Part shown: in pieces, positions 1 through 10,994 of the stretch
How the letters are laid out: every line of letters begins with the position of its first letter
Position numbering within the stretch: position 1 is the first letter of the stretch
Assembly: GCF_014280195.1 (NCBI RefSeq)
Contig: NZ_CP047960.1
Location: 150,001-182,000, forward strand
DNA from: Synechococcus sp. A15-24
GTDB taxonomy: Bacteria; Cyanobacteriota; Cyanobacteriia; PCC-6307; Cyanobiaceae
Reading direction: 5' to 3'
DNA: 32,000 nt
Notes under the pieces: model-generated
Told to the model about the DNA's origin: nothing
Database searches by the model: none
The model's input: only the letters and a program-made list of their open reading frames with translations
Program-made: the position numbers and the translations under genes

Positions 1-1463
1 TCTGCTGGACGTTGGATTAAATGATTCGCCATTCTTGCAATCATCAAATCTTCTGACCCATTTAAAAATCTTTTATGTTGATGCGCTATAGAATAGCCTT
101 CTCTTGCAACAAGTTTTGACAGCTCCTTGCTAATTACATAGCATTTTCCAGTGTAGAAGCTGGGTATTTGACTTTCAGATTTAAATACTTTTTTTGGATC
201 GATCGTAGCCTTCTTTTTTTTTGCCCAGGTCTCTATATTCTCGAAGGAAGGACTTTTGATCAGTTGAAATCCGCTGTAGTGATCATTAATTTCAGTTGAA
301 TGATTGCCCTTGAGCGATGTTTTTAGTTGTGCTGTAATAAATTTCTCAAGTTCTTCTAGATCTAATGGCTGACGACCTTCAAATGCTGGGTCTTGAAAGT
401 TGCGACGCATGCATGTTATATCGAACTTAATGATTTGAGTGAAATCAAACTCTAAATAGCAGTACTGGATAAATTTCTGAGTCTTTATACTTAAGTTGCC
501 ATAGTTTTCGTCCGTGTCGATTGTTAAACGCCGTTCTTTTAGCTGTGTTTGATGATTACCCCCTGCCCAGATTTCCATAATTAAGCAGTTTGGATCTTTT
601 GAAATTGCAGTGTAGAGTTTTGAATCGTAAAAAGTTTCAAGGAACTCTATATCCTTGTCACATCCGTATAAGCCAAAGATCGTTACTGGAGGCTTTTCTT
701 TTGTTTTGTCCTCCCAATTCCAATAATGTGTGTTTGACTTATTCTTTGTATTCAATTGGCGTTGTTTTCTATGGGAAAGCATCTCTATTCTTGAAGTGTC
801 TGGTGATAATAAATTTCTTTGGGTTGGTCGAGGCTGGCATTTGATTGATGCCTGTAGTATTGCCATCCTCTCCGCTTCTAAACAATCGATATATTCCCTG
901 ATTACGATGTCACACTTGCCTAAGTTCACTGATTTATCTCTTCTACTCAATTTTATAAATTTTGTAAAACTTGATGTATATCTGTTAGATCTTGGTGAAA
1001 AGATGCGAATTAATCTGCTTTCCTCAAAATGGTAATAATGGCTCCACTTTCGCTTGGAATTACATTCTGGGAAAATAAATGTACTAGCAAGGAGATTTAT
1101 ATTGTCCATGCTCGTATATGGTGATATGCAGTCCCATAGACTTTTGCCAGCAGTGCGACTATGTATCCATTGTGTTGCTTTCATTTCTATAAAGGTTGAA
1201 TCAGCGTAATGTTCTTTCAGTTGATTCTTTAAGCTTTCGATTTTTAGTTCTGTCTCAGTCGTATCTTTTGTGAATGAGAATAGATCTATGACTCCGTCAC
1301 TTACGAATCTCTCTGCAATCTCAATGGAATTATCTTGTGAGCCTCGATCTACATAAATTACTTCAAGACCTTCCTTGATCCAGGCTGGCATCAGATATTT
1401 CAGTAACACTGCATTGTTTTTGCCGGTAATGATGCCAATAAATTTTGGATGTTTTGAAGCCAT
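1..1463 (-). CDS. Two-domain glycosyltransferase, 3'-truncated by the window edge (N-terminal GT2/Glyco_tranf_2_4-like region, C-terminal GT31 galactosyltransferase-like region)
   Basis: Absent from the supplied ORF track because it has no stop in the window. The ATG is the complement of cat at 1461-1463, and my manual reverse-strand translation stays open to base 1 (at least 487 codons). N-terminus: MASKHPKFIGIITGKNNAVLLKYLMPAWIKEGLEVIYVDRGSQDNSIEIAERF. The C-terminal half has GT31-type motifs DENYGNLSIKT, FYTGKCYVISKEL and GSEDLMIARM. Frame checked codon by codon at 3-180, 1020-1080 and 1381-1463. Confidence 0.6.
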   Translation of the reverse strand, partial: MASKHPKFIGIITGKNNAVLLKYLMPAWIKEGLEVIYVDRGSQDNSIEIAERFVSDGVIDLFSFTKDTTETELKIESLKNQLKEHYADSTFIEMKATQWIHSRTAGKSLWDCISPYTSMDNINLLASTFIFPECNSKRKWSHYYHFEESRLIRIFSPRSNRYTSSFTKFIKLSRRDKSVNLGKCDIVIREYIDCLEAERMAILQASIKCQPRPTQRNLLSPDTSRIEMLSHRKQRQLNTKNKSNTHYWNWEDKTKEKPPVTIFGLYGCDKDIEFLETFYDSKLYTAISKDPNCLIMEIWAGGNHQTQLKERRLTIDTDENYGNLSIKTQKFIQYCYLEFDFTQIIKFDITCMRRNFQDPAFEGRQPLDLEELEKFITAQLKTSLKGNHSTEINDHYSGFQLIKSPSFENIETWAKKKKATIDPKKVFKSESQIPSFYTGKCYVISKELSKLVAREGYSIAHQHKRFLNGSEDLMIARMANHLIQRPA

Positions 1464-1533
1464 ATGTTGTCGTGAAGCTGCTGTTTAGTGTCTTCGCGTG
1501 TGCTATGTTAATTTTTTATGACTATAAGAGCAA

Positions 1534-2205
1534 GTGCCGGTAGATCGCCAGGCAAAACTGATTTTTGTTCACATTCCCAAAACAGCGGGAACGTCAATTG
1601 AAGTTGCTCTCAATATATTTGGTGATTGGAGGAATGAGAATCTCTTAAATTTGTTTGGCCAGATTAAAAGTCCAAGTCTATTACGAAAAAATTTTTCTAG
1701 TAACTTCCTGCAGCACCTTCAATTGTATGAAATTAAGTACCTCTTGGGTGCTGAATTCGCTGATTATGAAATCTTTACTGTCGTACGTGATCCGTGGACT
1801 CGTTTTCTTTCTTCTTTCCGTCGTAAAGACCCAGATCTATGTACCTATGTTCGTTGGCGCTCTTTGTGCGAATTAGAAGACCTTTCTTTATCTGACTATT
1901 TTAAGATTGCACGTTGGGCGCGTCATCCTCATCTCAACTCGCAAGTCTCCTTCTTTCGACCAACTTCTAATTCATTGTCATTAGGGGATGTTTTGAAAAA
2001 AGTTCGAATCTTTAGATTTGAAGAACTATCTTTGCTGGAGAATTGGCTCTCTGTTAAGTATGATAAGCCAATCAATTTCATGCGGCATCAGCGTCCTGTT
2101 AGTGAAATTCCTAGGATGACTGAGGGCGATCTGATGAACTTAAAGCAGAAAGTATTCCACTTTTACCGTCGAGACTATCGTTTACTGGGATACGAATTGA
2201 AGTAA
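1534..2205 (+). CDS. Sulfotransferase (Sulfotransfer_2-like, PAPS-dependent)
   Basis: 223-aa ORF with a GTG start. It has a 5'-PSB-like motif FVHIPKTAGTSIEVAL and a 3'-PB-like motif VVRDPWTRFLSSF. AT-rich. Divergent from the glycosyltransferase at 1..1463. Confidence 0.75.
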   Translation: MPVDRQAKLIFVHIPKTAGTSIEVALNIFGDWRNENLLNLFGQIKSPSLLRKNFSSNFLQHLQLYEIKYLLGAEFADYEIFTVVRDPWTRFLSSFRRKDPDLCTYVRWRSLCELEDLSLSDYFKIARWARHPHLNSQVSFFRPTSNSLSLGDVLKKVRIFRFEELSLLENWLSVKYDKPINFMRHQRPVSEIPRMTEGDLMNLKQKVFHFYRRDYRLLGYELK

Positions 2206-3063
2206 CTGTTTTGCAGGTCTTGGGATATTATTAGAGAAATGCTGTTGAATTCTCTTGTCTTTGACAAGTATATTTTCGGCAATCTTCTGTTGTAAGCCAA
2301 TTTCGTCTGGCCTCAGGTTGCAATAATACTCGAACAATGAGTAGGTTTTAAGGTATTTCCAGTATAAATGTCTCCAGGTTTCACCAATATTCTTCTGGAT
2401 CCTAGAGTTGCATTCCAGTGCCTTTGTGCCTTGTCTGATTTTCCGCTCTAGTTGCCAATAGTTCCGAATTGGGAAGTGCAAGATTTCAATGTTTTTTGTA
2501 TCTGAGTAGGAAATGCGGGTTGAAACGCTACTCAGTTGATGGTTTCCATCCTCTATGAAAGCATCTTCTATCGTTCGATGGCAAATTTTTGGTGGAAGAG
2601 GATTGCCTAAACTATTCAAAGATGCATGTTCTCGAATTTGCATGCTTTGCCAGAATGGTTGTGTTGGATCACTTTGATGGCTTGGTGGCAAGAAATTTGT
2701 TCTTTTTACTTTCAGGGCATTAATTGATTGCTTTATGTCGCCTAATGCTGTCTTCAGGCTTCTGGTTTTTGGGTACCAGAATTCGTCGGCATCGCTGTGA
2801 ATAATCCAGTCGGCTTTGAGCTTGGTTGTCGAAAGTTTTGCCATTCGACTAACCCATATTGCCTGGTCATGATTATGTTTTGGTTCGTCGATAAGTGTTA
2901 AAAGTCCCTTTTGGGCGTATTTATTTAAAATACTCCTTGTTTTGTCAACAGACCCATTGTCGGTTGCTACAATATGATCAACACCCTTGTTAAGATGAAA
3001 TTTGCAGAAACTATCAATAATATCTTCTTCGTCACGGCATAAAACTGTTAAAACTACTTTCAT
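2182..3063 (-). CDS. Glycosyltransferase family 2 (Glyco_tranf_2_4-like)
   Basis: 293-aa ORF. VVLTVLCRDEEDIIDSFCKFHLNKGVDHIVATDNGSVDKTRSIL plus HSDADEFW match the NE...D-x-GS-x-D...DADEF pattern of this GT2 subfamily. AT-rich. Its 3' end overlaps the convergent sulfotransferase by 24 nt. Confidence 0.75.
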   Translation of the reverse strand: MKVVLTVLCRDEEDIIDSFCKFHLNKGVDHIVATDNGSVDKTRSILNKYAQKGLLTLIDEPKHNHDQAIWVSRMAKLSTTKLKADWIIHSDADEFWYPKTRSLKTALGDIKQSINALKVKRTNFLPPSHQSDPTQPFWQSMQIREHASLNSLGNPLPPKICHRTIEDAFIEDGNHQLSSVSTRISYSDTKNIEILHFPIRNYWQLERKIRQGTKALECNSRIQKNIGETWRHLYWKYLKTYSLFEYYCNLRPDEIGLQQKIAENILVKDKRIQQHFSNNIPRPAKQLLQFVSQ

Positions 3064-3067
3064 CAGA

Positions 3068-3808
3068 TTATTGATCGCCTAGGAATTCCATAATTTCGCG
3101 ATCTTTGAGGCTTTGTGATTCGCCTGAGCATTCTTCTCGAATATTTCGTCCTGCCGCTAACTCTTGTAGGCAGCGCTGCAGATTGCTGACCGTGCTTTCC
3201 AGTTCATCGATCCGCTCCATCAGGTTGCGGATCACATTGGCTTCCGCATCCGGTAAGGCGGAGTGGGCCAAGGGGTTGATTCGCACGCCGCTTTGGTGGA
3301 TCACCCGGCCTGGGATGCCCACCACGGTGGAGTCCGCCTCCACATCGCGCACCACCACCGAACCAGCACCGATGCGGGTGTTGGCACCCACGTTGATTGC
3401 TCCGAGCACCTTGGCGCCAGCTCCCACCACCACGTTTTCCGCCAGGGTCGGGTGACGCTTGCCGTGGTCTTTGCCGGTGCCGCCCAGGGTCACCCCCTGA
3501 TACAGCAGGCAGCGAGGCCCCACCTCAGCCGTTTCGCCGATCACCACCCCCATGCCGTGGTCGATGAACACGCTGTGACCAATCCTTGCCCCCGGGTGGA
3601 TCTCAATGCCGGTGAGCGCCCTGCCGATTTGGCTGAGGCAGCGGGCAGCCAGTTTCAACGGCAAAGAGCTGTGCCAGAGATGGTGGCTGAGCCGATGCAG
3701 GCTGATGGCCTGAAATCCTGGATAGCAGAACAGAATCTCAAGCCAACCACGAGCTGCCGGGTCACGCTCGCGGATGATGGCGAGATCGGCTCGGATCTGA
3801 TCGAACAT
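3068..3808 (-). CDS. cysE: Serine O-acetyltransferase
   Basis: 246 aa. N-terminal SAT helix region [34 protein letters not shown]. Left-handed beta-helix hexapeptide repeats [25 protein letters not shown]...[27 protein letters not shown]. Confidence 0.9.
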   Translation of the reverse strand: MFDQIRADLAIIRERDPAARGWLEILFCYPGFQAISLHRLSHHLWHSSLPLKLAARCLSQIGRALTGIEIHPGARIGHSVFIDHGMGVVIGETAEVGPRCLLYQGVTLGGTGKDHGKRHPTLAENVVVGAGAKVLGAINVGANTRIGAGSVVVRDVEADSTVVGIPGRVIHQSGVRINPLAHSALPDAEANVIRNLMERIDELESTVSNLQRCLQELAAGRNIREECSGESQSLKDREIMEFLGDQ

Positions 3809-3818
3809 CAGGGGTGAG

Positions 3819-4820
3819 TCAGCTGGCGGCCGCTGGGGTCTGCAGGCCGATCTCCTTCCGGAGGAGTTCGATCGTATCGGGGCTGAGGTAACTCTCGGCG
3901 CAATGCACCTGCGGCATGCGCATCAGTTGAGAGCGATTCTGCCGCAAGCTTTGCTCCACCAACGGCAGGCTGGGGCGGTCGCAGAGCACATGGCTGGAAG
4001 CTCGCAGCAATGCGAGCAGGCGGCTGCCCACGTCCGGCGTAGCGGTCATCAGAAGCAGTTCGTTGCCGCGCATGGAGTGAAGGATCACCTCCGCGGCACG
4101 CAGGATGCCGGGGCTGATGCTCACCAGGCCCACGCAGCTGCCCTGCCTCAGCTCCTTCAGCATCGCCAGCTCGTGGCGGAAGTCGTTGAGGTCCACCGCC
4201 ACAGCGCGGACGCTGTGCTTTTTGGCCAGCTCCTCCACCGGTTGGAGGAAGTAGCGGCTGGTCACCACAGTGCCGTTGCTGGAGCTCTCCAGCACACTCT
4301 CGAGCTCCTCCATCGGCACCACCTCCACGGGCACATCGAGGCTTGGTTCCAGTTCCTCAGCGATCAACATCGAAGCGCCGATGTCTTCTCGGGGAGTGCT
4401 CACCAGCACGCGGGCGCCGCAGCGCAGCCGCCAGTCGATTTCGCGGGTCAGCAGTTCACGGGTTTGCTGCAGGGTGCAGCCGGCGTTGAGCAGGCCGTCC
4501 ACACACTTGCGCACCTCCCGGTCGAGATCGGTGACGCCGCGGTTGCGGATGTGGGGAGGGGTCTTGATCTCACGGGGCTTCTGCTGATCGCGCACATAAA
4601 TGCCCGAGCCGGCCATGGCTTCCACCACGCCGTCGGTCTCGAGCTGTCGGTACACCTTGCTGATCGTGTTGCGGTGCAGACCGGTTTGCATCGCCAGCTG
4701 GCGGGTGCTCGGCAAGCGGTGGCCGGGGGGGTAGTGACGTGCCGCGATTGCGAAGCAGATCTGGTTGTAGAGCTGGGTCGACGCCGGGATGTCGCTTTCC
4801 TGCTGGATGTGGAATCGCAC
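3819..4820 (-). CDS. plmA: GntR-family transcriptional regulator, cyanobacterial PlmA-like
   Basis: GntR winged-HTH [61 protein letters not shown] followed by a roughly 230-aa non-UTRA C-terminal domain. The track ORF extends to 5141. I prefer the GTG at 4820 ([10 protein letters not shown]..., 333 aa) because the upstream extension is low-complexity and collides with the divergent hydrolase gene. Start uncertain. Confidence 0.75.
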   Translation of the reverse strand: MRFHIQQESDIPASTQLYNQICFAIAARHYPPGHRLPSTRQLAMQTGLHRNTISKVYRQLETDGVVEAMAGSGIYVRDQQKPREIKTPPHIRNRGVTDLDREVRKCVDGLLNAGCTLQQTRELLTREIDWRLRCGARVLVSTPREDIGASMLIAEELEPSLDVPVEVVPMEELESVLESSSNGTVVTSRYFLQPVEELAKKHSVRAVAVDLNDFRHELAMLKELRQGSCVGLVSISPGILRAAEVILHSMRGNELLLMTATPDVGSRLLALLRASSHVLCDRPSLPLVEQSLRQNRSQLMRMPQVHCAESYLSPDTIELLRKEIGLQTPAAAS

Positions 4821-4866
4821 GCCGGTGGGCCAGGTGGGAATGCGGCCACCATAAGGAGCGATCCCC

Positions 4867-5652
4867 GTGGTGACAATTGGGGGTGTGTCCTGTGGACCTG
4901 TGACAATTTCCGACTCAACAAGCGCTGGCTGGGTGTCCGTGGCCAATGGGCCGCTGTCACTGCGTTGCTGGTGGTCCAGACCCTCCCATTGGCGGCACGA
5001 TATCAATGAGATATTCACTGCAAATCGTTTATATATCGTGCTGCCTGAGGTGTTCGGTGTGAATGCCTGGGTCCGATCGGTCGCTGATCGCCTTGCGGCG
5101 CAGGGGATTCCGGCGTTGGCCATGCCCCTGTTTGCCCGCACCGCCCCGGATCTGGAGCTCGCTTACAAAACATCCGATCTGGCCCAAGGGCGCGCCCATA
5201 AGGACGCCGCCACCGCTTCGCAAATCCTCAGCGATGTTTCAGCGGCCGTGGTTTGGTTGCAGCAGTGCTGCCCCAATGCCGCCATCGACCTGGCCGGCTT
5301 CTGCTTCGGGGGCCACGCCGCCCTGCTAGCGGCCACGCTGCCGCAGATCCGCCACAGTTTCGATTTCTACGGCGCTGGCGTCAGCCGCATGCGTCCCGGT
5401 GGTGGTGCACCCTCCCTGGAGCTGTTGCCGCAGGTGGCCGGCCAGCTCACTTGTGTGTGCGGCAGCGCTGATCCGCTAATCCCCGAGCAGGACCGCACCA
5501 CAATCCGTTCGGCCCTGGCCACTGCTGATCCCTCAGGCGAGCGGCTTCGCTATATCGAAATTGACGGCATGGATCACGGATTCATGTGCGAAGCGCGCGG
5601 CAGCTTTGATGCCGAAGCGTCCGCTCTGGGATGGCAGCTGATGCTGGCCTAG
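4867..5652 (+). CDS. Dienelactone hydrolase family protein
   Basis: [35 protein letters not shown], nucleophile motif GFCFGG and a C-terminal DHGF histidine motif. The start is ambiguous, with in-frame GTGs at 4867, 4870, 4885 and 4900. Confidence 0.75.
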   Translation: MVTIGGVSCGPVTISDSTSAGWVSVANGPLSLRCWWSRPSHWRHDINEIFTANRLYIVLPEVFGVNAWVRSVADRLAAQGIPALAMPLFARTAPDLELAYKTSDLAQGRAHKDAATASQILSDVSAAVVWLQQCCPNAAIDLAGFCFGGHAALLAATLPQIRHSFDFYGAGVSRMRPGGGAPSLELLPQVAGQLTCVCGSADPLIPEQDRTTIRSALATADPSGERLRYIEIDGMDHGFMCEARGSFDAEASALGWQLMLA

Positions 5653-6302
5653 GCCTGCTGGGCGGCCACTTTGACAGCGGTGGGCCGCGGCGGTGCCGGG
5701 ATGGTGCGCACCGCCTTGGTCGGTGCCGCCTCCTTTTCCTCCTTCTTCACCAACGGAGTCTTGCGCGGCGTGAGGAACATGATCATGTTGCGACCCTCGC
5801 GCTTGGGAGCCTGCTGGATCTCAGCCTTCTCCTCCAGATCCTTCGCCATGCGGCGCAACAGGGTTTCCGCCAGCGCCGTGTGCTGAATCTCCCGGCCGCG
5901 GAAGATCACCGTGCACTTCACCTTGTCGCCGGCCTTGAGAAAACGCACGGCCTGACCGATCCGCACGTCGTAGTCGTGCTGGTCGATCTTGTAGCGCATC
6001 TTGACCTCCTTGACTTCGGTCTGATGCGACTTCTTCTTGGCTTCCTTGGCCTTCTTTTCCTGCTCGAATTTGAACTTGCCGTAATCCATGATCCGGCACA
6101 CCGGCGGATCGGCCTTCTCGCTCACCAGCACCAAGTCCAGCTCGCGCTCCTTGGCCACATCCAGGGCTTCCTCCCTGCTGATCACCCCGAGCTGACTGCC
6201 ATCTGAGTCGACCACCCGCAATTGGGGGTAGCTGATCCGGTCGTTGATGTTGGGCAGCTCCCGAACAGGAGCACGACGGTCAAAACGGGGGCGTGGGGGC
6301 AT
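5649..6302 (-). CDS. infC: Translation initiation factor IF-3
   Basis: 217 aa. [66 protein letters not shown] and [41 protein letters not shown] are canonical IF3 N and C domains. It also has a Lys/Pro-rich C-terminal tail. Confidence 0.95.
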   Translation of the reverse strand: MPPRPRFDRRAPVRELPNINDRISYPQLRVVDSDGSQLGVISREEALDVAKERELDLVLVSEKADPPVCRIMDYGKFKFEQEKKAKEAKKKSHQTEVKEVKMRYKIDQHDYDVRIGQAVRFLKAGDKVKCTVIFRGREIQHTALAETLLRRMAKDLEEKAEIQQAPKREGRNMIMFLTPRKTPLVKKEEKEAAPTKAVRTIPAPPRPTAVKVAAQQA

Positions 6303-6358
6303 TCAGGCGGAGACAGGGACAGATGCAGACAATTCAACGATCACAACGTCTACATCTT

Positions 6359-7258
6359 TCACCTTAGATGCTGCTCGATCAACGTCATCGCCTGATCAAG
6401 TTCTGTAGCCGACTCCAGCCAATGGGGCTGGTGCTGACGGCGGAACCAGGTGCGCTGTCGCTTGGCGAATTGCCGAGTGCGCTGGGTGGTGATTCGGTTC
6501 GCTTTCGCCTGGTTCATCGTTCCTTGTAGGAGCTGCAGGGCTTCTCCGTAACCAATGGTCTGCAGCAATGGCAGATCAGCGCCGTAGCGCTCCGAAAGTT
6601 CCCGGGTCTCCTCCACCAACCCGTCGCTGTAGAGCTGGTCGGTGCGCTGCTGAATGCGCTGGCGCAGGTTGGCTGGATCCAGCCCCAGTTCCAGCACCCG
6701 CCAGGGCGGTGGTGCTGCAGTGGCCTGGCTGCTCATCGATCGACCGGTGGCGTACAGCACCTCCAGAGCCCGTTGGGTGCGAACGGCATCAGCGGGGGCG
6801 ATCTTGGCGCCGGCCGTTGGATCGGCCTGCTGGAGCAGCGGATGGCAGATCGCTTGGCCCAATTGGCGCAGCTGCTCACGCAGCTGCGCCTGCGGTGGCA
6901 CCGCCGGTGGTTTGAGGCCACTGGTGAGGGCCTTGAGATACAAGCCACTACCGCCCACCAGCAGTGCCATGCCTCGGCTTTGCAGCTCGCGCTGGATGCA
7001 GGGCTCCGCCTCGGCTTGGAATTCCTGCAGGGTGATCGGCTGATCGGGGTCGCGTAGATCCAACAGATGGTGCGGCACCCGCGCCCGTTGCTCCGCCGTT
7101 GGTTTGGCGGTGCCCACGGTCATCTCCCGGTACAGCTGCCTGGAGTCCACGTTGATCACCGGCAGGTTGAGCCGTTCAGCGATCTCCAGCGACAGGGCTG
7201 TTTTGCCACTGGCGGTGGGCCCCAGCAACGTGATCACCAAAGGTTCCGGCTGCGTCAA
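6359..7258 (-). CDS. miaA: tRNA dimethylallyltransferase
   Basis: 299 aa. P-loop [15 protein letters not shown], then [20 protein letters not shown], typical of MiaA. Confidence 0.93.
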   Translation of the reverse strand: MTQPEPLVITLLGPTASGKTALSLEIAERLNLPVINVDSRQLYREMTVGTAKPTAEQRARVPHHLLDLRDPDQPITLQEFQAEAEPCIQRELQSRGMALLVGGSGLYLKALTSGLKPPAVPPQAQLREQLRQLGQAICHPLLQQADPTAGAKIAPADAVRTQRALEVLYATGRSMSSQATAAPPPWRVLELGLDPANLRQRIQQRTDQLYSDGLVEETRELSERYGADLPLLQTIGYGEALQLLQGTMNQAKANRITTQRTRQFAKRQRTWFRRQHQPHWLESATELDQAMTLIEQHLR

Positions 7259-7336
7259 CGATCGTACGGGGGTGCACCCCAGGATGGAACGGCGCTTCAG
7301 AGGCCTCTAGATGCCTCTATAGACAGCCGGTGGTAG

Positions 7337-9378
<2,042 letters not shown>

Positions 9379-9379
<1 letters not shown>

Positions 9380-9729
9380 TGGGGACTGTTCATTCAGGAT
9401 CTGCTCATTCGGGCGCTGGCCAGATCGGTGGACTCTTGCGCTGGAGCTGGCTGTTGGGTGTCGCCTTGATGGCCCCCGCAGCGCTGCCGGCCGGTGGTGG
9501 TGATTGCAGGCAGCCCCAACTGCGTCGACGCAGCGGCAGTGGTCCGCTGCATCTCAATGCCGAGTCGCCGCTGCAGGTCAGCCCTCTGGGCGTGGCCCCA
9601 AGGTTGCACACGTTGCCGGTGGGCACCTCGTTGCGTTTGCTGCGTCGATGGTCCGGCTCTGATGGCCGCGACTGGTTGCAGGTCCAGACCCTGGCTGGTG
9701 AGCAACGCCGTGGCTGGATCCGCGCCTGA
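9379..9729 (+). CDS. Hypothetical secreted protein with bacterial SH3-like C-terminal region
   Basis: 116 aa. Its ATG overlaps the gyrB TGA (ATGA). Hydrophobic N-terminal segment [76 protein letters not shown] resembles the SH3b pattern. Several alternative-frame ORFs exist here because of high G+C. Confidence 0.5.
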
Positions 9730-9733
9730 GGTT

Positions 9734-10090
9734 GTGCTGGTTGGCCTTGGGGCGATCCCCGGTGCCTGGTTGCGGCTGAAGGTGGTGAATCACTTCGAGC
9801 CGATGGTGCCCAAGAAGCACTGGGGCACGTTCTTGGTGAATGTGATCGCCTCATTTGCCCTTGGCCTTGTGCTGGCGCTTGTTGAGCGTTGTTCGACGAG
9901 CACCGGCATCGCCTTGTTGATGGGAGTGGGCTTCTTCGGCAGCCTCAGCACCTTTTCCACCTTTGTTGTGGAGCTCCTGAATGAGTTGCGGGCCGGTCAC
10001 GTCCTGGCCGCTGCGGCTCTGGCCCTGATCTCCATCGTGGCGGGGATGATCGCCGCCGCCGCTGGTTACGGTCTAGGGGCCTATGGCTGA
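9734..10090 (+). CDS. crcB: Fluoride ion channel CrcB (paralog 1)
   Basis: The track ORF 9494..10090 is trimmed to the in-frame GTG at 9734 (118 aa, typical CrcB size). [18 protein letters not shown]...[14 protein letters not shown]...[12 protein letters not shown]. Start inferred. Confidence 0.8.
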   Translation: MLVGLGAIPGAWLRLKVVNHFEPMVPKKHWGTFLVNVIASFALGLVLALVERCSTSTGIALLMGVGFFGSLSTFSTFVVELLNELRAGHVLAAAALALISIVAGMIAAAAGYGLGAYG

Positions 10091-10481
10091 ACAGCCCTCC
10101 AAGTTGCGCAGCGAACTGATCGAGTTGCTGCTGGTGGCTGCCGGTGCGGTGCCCGGTGCCTTGCTGCGCTGGCAGGTTGCGCTGCATCTGGGGGATCAGA
10201 ACCTGCTGGTGAACGTTCTGGGGGCAGCCCTGCTCGGCTTGCTGGCCGGACGCCCTGCGGCACCGCGGCGTCAGTTGCTTGTCGGCATCGGCTTCTGCGG
10301 CTCGCTCACCACCTTCAGCAGCTGGATGCTGGCGGCCATGAAGCACCTCAGTACTGGTGATTGGCTCGCCGCCTTGGGCTTGATCGGGCTGACCCTCGGG
10401 CTGGGGCTGGGAGCCGCAGCCCTGGGTTTCAGCCTGGGGCGACGGCTCAGGACGCGAGAGCAGCCTCGATCGGAGCCTTGA
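10083..10481 (+). CDS. crcB: Fluoride ion channel CrcB (paralog 2)
   Basis: 132 aa. [16 protein letters not shown]...[16 protein letters not shown]...[12 protein letters not shown]. It overlaps paralog 1 by 8 nt. Confidence 0.85.
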   Translation: MAEQPSKLRSELIELLLVAAGAVPGALLRWQVALHLGDQNLLVNVLGAALLGLLAGRPAAPRRQLLVGIGFCGSLTTFSSWMLAAMKHLSTGDWLAALGLIGLTLGLGLGAAALGFSLGRRLRTREQPRSEP

Positions 10482-10920
10482 GTTCCTCAGGGTCCACAGC
10501 GCTCTTGTAGCGGGCGATCACCGTGCCGTCCTTGCCCACCAGGAACTTCTCGAAGTTCCAGGCCACGTCACCGGCGGGGTCCATTTTGTTGAGGGTGGTG
10601 TAAGGCTCGGTGGTGCTGCCGATGGCGTGCACCTTCTCGAACAGCTCGAAGTCGGCGCCGTAGGTGGTGGAGCAGAAGCTCTTGATCTCCTCAAGGCTGC
10701 CGGGCTCCTGGGCACCGAAGTCGTTGCAGGGGAAACCCAGCACCGCAAGGCCCTTGTCGGCGTAGGCCGCGTTGAGGGCCTGGAGTCCGGCGTACTGCTT
10801 GGTGAAGCCGCAGCGGCTGGCCACATTCACAATCAGGAGCACCTTGCCGGCGTAGTCACCCAGGGATTTGCTGCTGCCGTCGGGGGTGGTGACGGTCACA
10901 GTGCTGACGCTGATCGCCAT
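10447..10920 (-). CDS. gpx: Glutathione peroxidase (Cys-type)
   Basis: LLIVNVASRCGFTKQYAGLQAL, LAVLGFPCNDFGAQEPG and WNFEKFLVGKDGTV are the three GPx signature blocks. I use the start at internal Met (MAISVSTV, cat at 10918-10920) instead of the track start at 10995. Confidence 0.9.
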   Translation of the reverse strand: MAISVSTVTVTTPDGSSKSLGDYAGKVLLIVNVASRCGFTKQYAGLQALNAAYADKGLAVLGFPCNDFGAQEPGSLEEIKSFCSTTYGADFELFEKVHAIGSTTEPYTTLNKMDPAGDVAWNFEKFLVGKDGTVIARYKSAVDPEELKAPIEAALAS

Positions 10921-10994
10921 GGCTGAACAGGGGGAAGTTGCGGCGAGGATAACCGGCTGTAACGGCCATACACTTGGGCGCCGGCTGGTGAGCA

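Larger units (their letters stand above)
1..3067. other. AT-rich genomic islet 1 (glycosyltransferase/sulfotransferase cassette), continues beyond the left window edge
   Basis: Abrupt compositional change. Sampled lines at 1-120 are about 32-42% G+C, versus about 67% at 3421-3480. It holds three accessory carbohydrate-modifying genes. No integrase, tRNA or repeats are visible in the part inside the window. Confidence 0.7.

Noticed and set aside
590-1035. Two overlapping plus-strand ORFs (84 and 101 aa), the only track ORFs in 1-1500
   Set aside because: They lie antisense to a reverse-strand reading frame of at least 487 codons that runs off the window edge and has glycosyltransferase motifs. 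The short ORFs have no motifs.
3903-5009. 368-aa plus-strand ORF
   Set aside because: Antisense to the PlmA-like regulator. The His/Ala/Gln-rich translation lacks motifs.
4821-5141. N-terminal extensions of track ORFs (regulator to 5141; also 9494-9733, 10921-10995, 22951-23082, 23939-24337, 29055-29126, 30031-30297)
   Set aside because: Each extension overlaps a better-supported neighbouring gene or precedes the point where family-typical sequence begins. An internal ATG or GTG gives the canonical protein length and often a 4-nt start-stop overlap.
5631-6206. 191-aa plus-strand ORF
   Set aside because: Antisense to infC. The translation is a Leu/His-rich repeat-like sequence.
10921-10994. 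Possible M-box (Mg2+) riboswitch upstream of mgtE
   Set aside because: The spacer is only 74 nt, far shorter than an M-box aptamer. Only a weak CCGGC/GCCGG pairing is present.
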